Part shown: piece by piece, positions 24,298-32,118 of the stretch | Position numbering within the stretch: position 1 is the stretch's first letter | How the letters are laid out: each line of letters starts with the position of its first letter | Source: an uncultured euryarchaeote | Lineage (GTDB): Archaea > Nanohalarchaeota > Nanosalinia > Nanosalinales > Nanosalinaceae | Assembly (NCBI GenBank): GCA_937132175.1 | Contig: CAKZNU010000049.1 | Span: 1-37,506, forward strand | Direction: 5' to 3' | Length of the DNA stretch: 37,506 nt | Made by a program: the position numbers and the translations under genes | Notes under the pieces: model-generated | What the model was told of the DNA's origin: nothing | Databases searched by the model: none | What the model saw: only the letters and a program-made list of their open reading frames with translations

Positions 24298-24642
24298 TTA
24301 CAGGATCTTTTCGGTACTGGAGTCAAGCTCTTGGATGACGCCCCGATCTCTCATGGCGGATACTATCTTCGATATTTCGTCGGAGTAGTTTTGTTCCTTT
24401 GCGGCCCTCGAGGTTGCCTCCTCTACAAGTACCTCGATTTGGGGATCTTGCTCTATCTCGTTGATGACCTCCATTGTGCCACGGCCTTCTCTAAGATAGT
24501 TTGAAACCGTCGGCTGCGTAAGGTTCATTGCCCGGGCTATTTCCACCTGGCTGAGGCCGTAGTCCTCGTACAGTCCCTGTGCTATAAGGCGCCTTACCGC
24601 AGGCAGAACCTGTTCACATACGACTTCGACCTCGAACTTCAT
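24298..24642 (-). CDS. Archaeal HTH transcriptional regulator (COG2522-like)
   Basis: EVV...LPAVRRLIA...GLSQVEIARAMNLTQPTVSNYL..RG. Confidence 0.85.
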   Translation of the reverse strand: MKFEVEVVCEQVLPAVRRLIAQGLYEDYGLSQVEIARAMNLTQPTVSNYLREGRGTMEVINEIEQDPQIEVLVEEATSRAAKEQNYSDEISKIVSAMRDRGVIQELDSSTEKIL

Positions 24643-24690
24643 GTAGAGTATCCTGGGAAAATCTCTGGAGCAACTTGGTTTTGATGAGGC

Positions 24691-24705
24691 GGGGCTTGTA
24701 GCCCC
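24691..24705. terminator. GC-rich hairpin downstream of the histone-fold gene
   Basis: GGGGCT-TGT-AGCCCC, 6 nt after the stop codon. Confidence 0.4.
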
Positions 24706-24711
24706 TCTGTC

Positions 24712-25053
24712 CTACATATCAGACTGCTCTACGTCTCTCGAAAGCTTCTCTATGTCCGCTGCGAGAGCATCAAGCTTTCTTGAGACACGTTCCTTTTCCT
24801 GTATGATGTTTTCAACCTTTTCGTACTTCCGGGCTGCTCTGTCGAGGTCGTGTTTCTCAACGTATGCTGCCTCTGTGTCCATCATTCTCTCTATTACTTC
24901 GTCGGCAATCTCGCCCAGAAGGAGGTTCAGTCCATAGTAGACGTTCGAGCGTACATACTGGCCCTCCGATGCCTCCTCACGTATCATTCTCTTTACTCTT
25001 GCATGTGTGAACGGGAGATCGCTTACCTCTGTGTCTTCGGGTACCTTTACCAT
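24712..25053 (-). CDS. Histone-fold protein with a C-terminal coiled coil
   Basis: alpha1 LPFTHARVKRMIRE, loop VRSN, a long alpha2 and alpha3 YVEKHDLDRA, followed by a heptad-pattern helix. Confidence 0.7.
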   Translation of the reverse strand: MVKVPEDTEVSDLPFTHARVKRMIREEASEGQYVRSNVYYGLNLLLGEIADEVIERMMDTEAAYVEKHDLDRAARKYEKVENIIQEKERVSRKLDALAADIEKLSRDVEQSDM

Positions 25054-25167
25054 TTTATCACAGGCTAAAAATCCTTATGAAGCCTTTTAATGGTTTGTAA
25101 AATCCGGCTGTATCTTGATGGTTTACCTCCCGGAAGGTTTATTTTATCTTTCAAGCAGTATCTACAT

Positions 25168-25395
25168 ATGAATGATCTGCTTGAAGCAGCCAGGTCCTCA
25201 GAAGGTGAAGACGAGGAAGATCCGTCCAAGAACCGGTTCAACAGCATGAAGAGGGAAAAGGCTGGTCTTGATGACAGGAGTCCCTCGGAGAAAAGATACG
25301 ATGAGCTCAAGGAGGATGCGAAGGAGGAGTTGCTTGAGGACGCCGAGGAGGATGAAGGCGGCGAAGAAGAGTCTTCAGGCTTCGTCACACATTAG
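25168..25395 (+). CDS. Small, highly acidic hypothetical protein (75 aa)
   Basis: ATG at 25168 lies about 25 nt after TTTATTTTA; Glu/Asp-rich with typical codon style; abuts the MFS gene. Confidence 0.65.
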   Translation: MNDLLEAARSSEGEDEEDPSKNRFNSMKREKAGLDDRSPSEKRYDELKEDAKEELLEDAEEDEGGEEESSGFVTH

Positions 25396-25406
25396 CATTG
25401 GTTACG

Positions 25407-26585
25407 ATGAGAATTGATAGAGTTCCGGACGTGGCAAAGTATCTTTCTGCGGTTTTTCTGGTTGCCTGGTTCGGTAGAAACACAGTCTGGAACTTTCTTC
25501 CTCTGTACCTCGAAAGGCACATGAGTATATTCCTTGTTGGGTTAGCTACTTCCTTGCCTCCTGCGGTCACGGTACTTATGGATCTGCCTGTGGGAAGTAT
25601 TGTTCAGAGGTCGGGCGGCAGGATAGTTACCTTTGTTGGTATATCTCTGATATTTGCCTCTCCGGTGCTGTATCTGTTTACGGCGCCGGTAATGTTGATT
25701 CTTGGGAAAGCCTTCGAGGGGCTTTCGAAGGTGTTTATGTGGAACGGTGGCTGGAGCCTGTCTCTTGGAAGCTCCGATCAGGAGGTTGAATCCGAGACCG
25801 CTTCCGTCCTGCTTCTTGGGCCAAACATCGCTTATATACTTGCTCCTGTGATCGGAGGCCTGCTGATAGCTTCCAGAGGATTTGAGATCACGTTTGTTTT
25901 CTGGGCCCTCAGCTCTCTGGTAGCTATCCTCCTGTATCTCAGGTATATCGGTATAGAGACAGGTGAAAGCCTTCATGAGTCGGTCTCCGGCGTTCTCAGT
26001 AGGGATACGTATGCAGGTGAGCTCGATGATCTGAGGATGAACTGGAACGATCTGAAGCTTCCTCTGGTGCTTGTTCTTCTTTACTATGTTATCTTCTCTT
26101 TTTACTGGGTGGCTGTACCTCTTTTACTTGAGTCCGTTGCATCCGGGAGGTACGTTGTTATGGGTGCTGTCTTCGGCCTGGCCGCTTTACCCAAGCTCTT
26201 TCAGTATCTCTTTGGCGACCTGGCAGACCGTTTCGGTGAGTACAGAACGGTACTTGCTCTCGGTCTGTGCCTGATACCGGTACTGTTTCTCATGAGTACT
26301 CTCTCAGGCCCTCTTGCCGTAGGTGCGGTATTTCTTCTGGCAAGGGTTTTTTCAGCAGGTATGTCTCCTGCACTCCACGGTATGTTTAACTCTGCGGTCC
26401 CGGACAGACAGGAAGGTGAGATGGTGGGCTTCCTGGAGCTTTTCAAGCATCTTGGTCAGGCCATAGGTCCTGCTCTTGCAGGCGCTGTGGCCGCAGCATA
26501 CGGCGTGAGCGCATCCTTCATAGCTGCAGCCCTCATATCTACGGGCATAGTGTTTGTATCAGCTCTAGGTCTTAGAACTCAGTGA
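25407..26585 (+). CDS. MFS transporter
   Basis: About 12 TM helices; motif A-like GDLADRFG and PVIGG; start set at ATG 25407. Confidence 0.9.
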   Translation: MRIDRVPDVAKYLSAVFLVAWFGRNTVWNFLPLYLERHMSIFLVGLATSLPPAVTVLMDLPVGSIVQRSGGRIVTFVGISLIFASPVLYLFTAPVMLILGKAFEGLSKVFMWNGGWSLSLGSSDQEVESETASVLLLGPNIAYILAPVIGGLLIASRGFEITFVFWALSSLVAILLYLRYIGIETGESLHESVSGVLSRDTYAGELDDLRMNWNDLKLPLVLVLLYYVIFSFYWVAVPLLLESVASGRYVVMGAVFGLAALPKLFQYLFGDLADRFGEYRTVLALGLCLIPVLFLMSTLSGPLAVGAVFLLARVFSAGMSPALHGMFNSAVPDRQEGEMVGFLELFKHLGQAIGPALAGAVAAAYGVSASFIAAALISTGIVFVSALGLRTQ

Positions 26586-27313
26586 ATCTCCCTGAGCTCC
26601 GGGAAGCTGAAGTTTCCGGCCTCCCGGGAGATCGCTACCGCCTTCATACTCCTGAAACTTATGCTGTTGCGTAGAACCGGGGAGAGAAGCTCGGACTTCG
26701 GTGTTTCGTTTACGCGTGTGCCGTTCGAGATCTTGGAAAAGGCTGGCAGAACGATTACGCCGGTTCCATTATCGGCCTCTCCGTACAGAAGACAGTCCAC
26801 CCTCTCCACCACCCCTATCTCGTCCTCAAGGCTCAATGAGGGATGCTCATGGCCGATTACCACCGTCTCAAACTCTCCTATGTCCTCTATCTCTCTGTGT
26901 CCATGTGTAAAAAGTACTTCCCCGGTCTCGAATCTTTCCATAAGTCTCAGTCCCTGTTTCTCCACGGTCTCCTCTATGAAGTTATCATGGTTGCCCTGGA
27001 CGACGATTACGTCGTTGTATGTGTCCTGGAGAGCCTCCAGCAGGTCTCTGACCTCCTGTTTCTCTGAGTACGAGCTTCTGTTGAACTCGTTTTTCAGGTC
27101 CCCGTTGAGAAGTATCTTTTCTGCATCGGTTTCTTCCTGTATATCTCTGAGTTCGTCTATTACTTCCTCCAGCTGGAACTGTGGCACGTAGCTCCCTTTG
27201 GAGGTCATAGATTTTTCCAGACCGAGGTGTAGATCGGACACTGCGACCAGGTTGAGTTCCGGGTGGTATATGGCAGGATAGCACTCTATCGTCTGAAAGC
27301 CGAATATATCCAT
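26579..27313 (-). CDS. ICC-like metallophosphoesterase (COG1407 type)
   Basis: SDLHLG, NGDLK, GNHD, THGH, GHEHP and LPAFS. Confidence 0.92.
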   Translation of the reverse strand: MDIFGFQTIECYPAIYHPELNLVAVSDLHLGLEKSMTSKGSYVPQFQLEEVIDELRDIQEETDAEKILLNGDLKNEFNRSSYSEKQEVRDLLEALQDTYNDVIVVQGNHDNFIEETVEKQGLRLMERFETGEVLFTHGHREIEDIGEFETVVIGHEHPSLSLEDEIGVVERVDCLLYGEADNGTGVIVLPAFSKISNGTRVNETPKSELLSPVLRNSISFRSMKAVAISREAGNFSFPELREIH

Positions 27314-27314
27314 A

Positions 27315-28172
27315 TTACTCGTTGATCTTGCTCCAGATTTTTAACAGGGTCTTGAATACGTCTTCTCCTGTCGAGACCTTTACGAACTCGGCTCCGTTTT
27401 TGCGGGATACCTCTCTGATGTTTTCGACGTGTTCATGGATCCTGTCCTGGTAGCTTCTGCGTGTGCGTTTTGAGAGGAAGGTTCTTATCTTGCTGCTGGA
27501 TTCCGGGTCCTTCAGTATCTTGTCTCCGGAAAACTGTGGATCGAGCTCTGTTTCATCCAGTACGTTGACGATTACAGGTTCTGTGTGTTTCAGCTTTCCT
27601 ATACCTTCACGTATCTTCTCCGAGTCCACGAGAAAGTCCGAAAGTATGACTACCACGGACTCGTTCTGGATTCTCTGGCTGTACTCTCCCAGGCAGTGTT
27701 GAACCCGGCTTTCGGGGGTCATCCGTGTTTCGTTGATTATATCCAGGAGCTCGGATATGTTTGAGCCTCTGCGTCCCCGGGATATATCGGTTACGGTCTC
27801 TGAGAAAACGGAGAAGCTGTACTTGTCGTTCGTGTTGAGGCTCATCTTTGCGATCCCGAGCCCAAGCTTTGCAGCGAACTCGTACTTGTTTGTGTTGCCG
27901 TAATCCATTGAAGAGCTTCTGTCTACAAGTATATGGATGTTCAGGCGGCGCTGTTCCTCGAACCTCTTGACGAAGTAGTCCTTTGTGCGGGCGTATGCCT
28001 TCCAGTCTATCTTTCTGATGTCGTCGCCCGGCATGTACTCCTTGTGGTCCTTGAAGATCATTCCCTGACCGGTACTGGGACTTTTGTGTTCTCCCTGCTG
28101 AACTGTTGAGGCGTTTTTCTTCAGTGCAAGCTGGAACCTCTCAAGCTCCTCTATGTACTCCGGCTGAATCAT
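27315..28172 (-). CDS. DUF58 family protein (vWA-like)
   Basis: F.DHKEYMPGDDIRKIDWKAYART, VDRSSSM and ILSDF. Confidence 0.92.
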   Translation of the reverse strand: MIQPEYIEELERFQLALKKNASTVQQGEHKSPSTGQGMIFKDHKEYMPGDDIRKIDWKAYARTKDYFVKRFEEQRRLNIHILVDRSSSMDYGNTNKYEFAAKLGLGIAKMSLNTNDKYSFSVFSETVTDISRGRRGSNISELLDIINETRMTPESRVQHCLGEYSQRIQNESVVVILSDFLVDSEKIREGIGKLKHTEPVIVNVLDETELDPQFSGDKILKDPESSSKIRTFLSKRTRRSYQDRIHEHVENIREVSRKNGAEFVKVSTGEDVFKTLLKIWSKINE

Positions 28173-29134
28173 ACGGTCTCCGTTATCTCCTCGATTATGT
28201 CCTCTACCTGTTTTCCCTCCTTCTCTGCCTGAAAGCTTAAGCCGATCCTGTGTCTCAGTATGGGTTCTGCCATCTCGTTGACGTCAGAGTTTGAGACATG
28301 GTTTCTTCCCTGTATCAGTGCCCTGGCTTTTGCACCGAGGATTATCTGTATCGAGGCCCGTGGTGAGGCACCGTGGTCAAGATCCTCGTGGTTCCGGGTA
28401 TTCTTCACTATGGTTATAGCCCTGTTTCTGATGTCCTCTGCTATAGGTACTTCACGTGTGAACTCCTGCATCTTCACCAGTGAAGGCTTTGATATCACCT
28501 GGTTTAACTCGGGGGAAAACTCAAGTTCCGACGTGAATCTTTCAACAATCTCTCTTTCTTCGTCGGTTCCCGGATAATCCAGCTTCACCTTCATCATGAA
28601 CCTGTCTTGCTGTGCCTCCGGCAGAGGATATGTTCCTTCCTGTTCCAGAGGGTTCTGTGTCGCCATCAGGAAGAAAGGATTGTCCAGACTGTAGCTCTGG
28701 TTTCCAACCGTTACCTGTTTCTCCTGCATCGCCTCCAGCAGGGCAGACTGTGTCTTAGGTGTCGCACGGTTTATCTCGTCTACCAGGACCATGTTTGCAA
28801 ATATAGGGCCTTTCTGGAAGACGAAGTCTGTCGAGGTCTCAGTCTCCTCTATGATGTGTGTGCCGGTGATGTCTGAAGGCATCAGATCCGGGGTGGCCTG
28901 TATACGTGAAAAGTCCAGGCCGATGACCTCTGAGATCGTATGTATCATCTTTGTCTTGCCCATGCCAGGGTTTGACTCCAGAAGTATGTTTCCATCACAC
29001 AGTATTGAGGCGATTACACGTTCGACAACGTCTTCCTGGCCGACGATTACCTTGCTTACCTCGTCCTTGATGTCGTCGATCTTGTCGTTGAGTTTCCTGT
29101 ACTTTTCGGCGTTGTCGACGCTGCCAACTATCAT
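28169..29134 (-). CDS. moxR: MoxR-family AAA+ ATPase
   Basis: PGMGKT, TPDLMPSDITG, DEINRATPKTQSALLEAMQE, ATQNPLEQEGTYPLPEAQQDRF and GASPR. Confidence 0.96.
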   Translation of the reverse strand: MIVGSVDNAEKYRKLNDKIDDIKDEVSKVIVGQEDVVERVIASILCDGNILLESNPGMGKTKMIHTISEVIGLDFSRIQATPDLMPSDITGTHIIEETETSTDFVFQKGPIFANMVLVDEINRATPKTQSALLEAMQEKQVTVGNQSYSLDNPFFLMATQNPLEQEGTYPLPEAQQDRFMMKVKLDYPGTDEEREIVERFTSELEFSPELNQVISKPSLVKMQEFTREVPIAEDIRNRAITIVKNTRNHEDLDHGASPRASIQIILGAKARALIQGRNHVSNSDVNEMAEPILRHRIGLSFQAEKEGKQVEDIIEEITETV

Positions 29135-29170
29135 AACGTCATAAAGGTGTTTTCAGGTTTAAATCCCTGC

Positions 29171-29917
29171 CTACATATCCTTGATGGCGAGACTGTACTC
29201 CTCCGCCAGCCTTCTGTTTTCCTGAATCCTGTCTCCCGATGACTCAAGGCTGAGCTCTCCGGTCTCACCTGAGAAGGTGAAGCTTCTCTCCGTGCTTTCT
29301 CCGGATCCCTGTATATCGAAGTTGAGCTCTCTTGCCTCTGCCTGTATCCGTGTAGGTTCCCCGGTTATGCTTGATGCGTTTTTCAGCTGGTAGTCCCTGT
29401 CCTGTACTGTTTTCTTTTCCTCGCCGCCTATCTCCGGTATTATCTGGGCTGTCTGTTCAGGAACCCTGAGATTCATGAAGCCGGAGAAAACTGTTACGAG
29501 TGAGAGTGCTCCGACCAGTCCGACCTTGCGTATGATCTCTCTGTCCGGAATTATGGAGTCGGCGGATACTTGGCCTGCTCTTTCCTCCAGGTCGTTGAAA
29601 AGTGCCTGTGAAGCTATGCTGTTTCTGTCCTGGTTGTCTCTTGCAGTCCTGAGTATCTCATCCAGCTCCGGGTTTTCCTCCTCGTAAATCTCTACGTTGT
29701 AGGTTCTGGCTCTTGCCACCAGATCGATCAGGAAGGCTGCGGTCGCTACCGTTGCAGATACCATGAGGTTTGAGGCTCCTGCAGCGGCCTTGATGTTCAA
29801 CAGAAAGAATGTCAGGTTTATGGACAGGAACAGAATAATTGAGTCAAGGCTGGCCTGTATCAGGTTCACCTTGAGAAACTCCAGCTTGAGCCTCTTCAGA
29901 ATTCTATCCAGCTTCAT
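29171..29917 (-). CDS. MoxR-operon membrane protein of unknown function
   Basis: Three hydrophobic segments and an E..NPEL.E.LRTARD motif of the kind seen in archaeal moxR-linked proteins. Confidence 0.75.
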   Translation of the reverse strand: MKLDRILKRLKLEFLKVNLIQASLDSIILFLSINLTFFLLNIKAAAGASNLMVSATVATAAFLIDLVARARTYNVEIYEEENPELDEILRTARDNQDRNSIASQALFNDLEERAGQVSADSIIPDREIIRKVGLVGALSLVTVFSGFMNLRVPEQTAQIIPEIGGEEKKTVQDRDYQLKNASSITGEPTRIQAEARELNFDIQGSGESTERSFTFSGETGELSLESSGDRIQENRRLAEEYSLAIKDM

Positions 29918-30420
29918 CAGTCAAATCCCTCACACTCATCAGGAACAGTGCCGTTTACCTCCTCGTACTTCTCACATACCGTGTCTATCCGGACACCTAA
30001 CAGCTGGATCTCCGACTCAAGGCTGTCTATCCTTGTAGTCAGGTTCTCTACCCTTTCCTTTCTGTCCTCGAGGTCATTTTCCAGGGATGAGATACGTGTG
30101 TCCTTCTCCGAGATATCTGATTCCAGGCTGTCTATCCGGGAGTTTTTCTCCTCTCTGACCGAGGTAAGTTCGGCACTAAGATTGTCCACTCTCTCCGAAA
30201 GGTCTTTGTTCTGTGTCTCAAGCTTTGTGATGTTTTCCTCTGCATTTCTCAGTTCCCTCTCCGTGGTACTGAGTTCGGTACTCAGGTTCTGTTTTTCGGA
30301 TACAAGGTTGCTTGACTGGCTCTGGTAAAGTACGGACATACCTGCTAGTACCGTCAGAACCAGCACCGTTGTCAACAGTAGAAAGGGGTTGAGCTTGCGT
30401 TTCAACAGGTTTTCCTTCAT
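29917..30420 (-). CDS. Membrane-anchored coiled-coil protein
   Basis: N-terminal TM helix, a long heptad repeat, NxS/T sequons and a C-terminal Cys pair; start set at MKENLL. Confidence 0.8.
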   Translation of the reverse strand: MKENLLKRKLNPFLLLTTVLVLTVLAGMSVLYQSQSSNLVSEKQNLSTELSTTERELRNAEENITKLETQNKDLSERVDNLSAELTSVREEKNSRIDSLESDISEKDTRISSLENDLEDRKERVENLTTRIDSLESEIQLLGVRIDTVCEKYEEVNGTVPDECEGFD

Positions 30421-30506
30421 AAGGTAGGATGGCGGCGTGTTGTTTATGTTGGTTGGGTTCACTTGTTTTCGACAGGCTTAAGTATCTCTTCAGGTTATAC
30501 AAGGGT

Positions 30507-32114
30507 GTGAGCTCTGACGATGGACCTATGTTCGGGCATGTCTTCGAGACTCCTAACGGTTCACCGTTTCAGAGCCAGCTGGAGTCCGGAGAGATAAGTA
30601 CCCTGAAGGAGGTTCGTGAAGAAGCCGGTTCCCTGAAGGCTCTGATGGGCGAGGAATGGCGCTCGTTGAAGGTGAAGTCCGGTGACCGGGGAGGTGCGCC
30701 TTACGGACTGGCGATAGAGGCTCCGGACAAGTTCGATGATGATCTTGATTATACGGTTGAGAAGATACAGGAAAACGTCTATGTCTCACCTCAGAGCCAG
30801 CTTCACAGCCAGCTTATGCAGCAGAAACAGCAGGCTGAACAGAGGGTCAAGGAGACGAAACGCAATCTCTCGGAGCTACTTAAACAGAAACATATGCTTG
30901 AACATGATATCAGGAAGCTCAGGTCCCGTGTGGAGGATATTCAGGAGGGAAACGAGACACGTCTGAAGGCAGACTTTGTTGAACTGGTTGACGGTGCTGG
31001 AGCCTCCGGGCAGGGAGGCGGAGACCGTGCTGCATTGAAGTTTCTGCGAGACCAAAACATCTATCCTTCCATCGTGGCAGACTTCAACCAGATAGACTCT
31101 CTTGAGGACCTGAAGTCGGAGGAGGAAGGAGGCACCGGCAAGCTGGCTTACCTGCCGGAGAACGTGAAGGCAATCCTGAGAAAGAAGTATGCGATGTACG
31201 AGAAATGGCTGGATATGTTCGGCAGCGAGGTACAGAGGAAGCTTGACGAGCTGAAAGGAGAGCTGAAAGGTGTCGAGCGCGCTATTGAGGAGACGGAGCA
31301 GTACCTGGAGCCGTACGTTAGGGATATGGAGATGCTGAACAACAAGTCCAGAGAGGAGCTTGTAGATGATCTGCAGAGACATATACAGCTCAGGAACTAC
31401 TCCTCGATGTTTACTGACCGGCGTTACATAATCTACAGAGGCCTGAAGAACACGAGAGACGATATAGTGGTTACCGATGATGAGGATGAGATAACCCATT
31501 ACCGGCTTGTACTGTGTCATACCGTCCATGCAAACCTGGCGAGCAGCGAGGAGCCTACACAGTCAACAGGTCCGTCAGTACTCAAGGTCTTCTGGCATCC
31601 GGCCATAGTCGATAAGTTCCTGTTCGAGAACATCTTCAAAAAGAGAATTGACGAGATGCAGGAAGACTTTGAGAGAAAGGTTATGGAGTATACGGGAAAC
31701 ATCGATACCGAGAAAGGAAAGGACCTCCAGAATGCCAGGACGAAACAGGGTATGTCAGTCGCAGATCTCCGTGAAGGCATGGAGGAGGAACTGGATGAAA
31801 ACCTCCCGCTCGAGGTCTCAGCCCGCATAAGAAAGGTGGAGGACGGACTTGAAGAGCTTGAAGACCAGTTTACCGAGGAACAGATCAGGGCGATGGAAGA
31901 GGTCCTGGATGAATCCCTGATGGATCACGGCGACGGCGGAGAGGAGTTTGTCACAGGGCTGGATAAAAAGCTGAAGAAGTTTACAGGACAGACCGATAGA
32001 TACTACCTGGATAAAGACATGAGAAAGACTGCCTGGGGGGATATGCATCATGAGATGACCTTCAGGTACTACTACGATCTCAAGATCGGTCTAGGTCTGT
32101 ACACGATGAAGTGA
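30507..32114 (+). CDS. Large helical/coiled-coil hypothetical protein (start GTG 30507 or ATG 30528)
   Basis: Long acidic ORF with coiled-coil segments; 4 nt from the next gene. Confidence 0.8.
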   Translation: MSSDDGPMFGHVFETPNGSPFQSQLESGEISTLKEVREEAGSLKALMGEEWRSLKVKSGDRGGAPYGLAIEAPDKFDDDLDYTVEKIQENVYVSPQSQLHSQLMQQKQQAEQRVKETKRNLSELLKQKHMLEHDIRKLRSRVEDIQEGNETRLKADFVELVDGAGASGQGGGDRAALKFLRDQNIYPSIVADFNQIDSLEDLKSEEEGGTGKLAYLPENVKAILRKKYAMYEKWLDMFGSEVQRKLDELKGELKGVERAIEETEQYLEPYVRDMEMLNNKSREELVDDLQRHIQLRNYSSMFTDRRYIIYRGLKNTRDDIVVTDDEDEITHYRLVLCHTVHANLASSEEPTQSTGPSVLKVFWHPAIVDKFLFENIFKKRIDEMQEDFERKVMEYTGNIDTEKGKDLQNARTKQGMSVADLREGMEEELDENLPLEVSARIRKVEDGLEELEDQFTEEQIRAMEEVLDESLMDHGDGGEEFVTGLDKKLKKFTGQTDRYYLDKDMRKTAWGDMHHEMTFRYYYDLKIGLGLYTMK

Positions 32115-32118
32115 TATT

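Noticed and set aside
29917-30420. DNA tandem repeat in the coiled-coil gene (RIDSLES-like units)
   Set aside because: The similarity is short and degenerate, and is explained by protein heptad periodicity.
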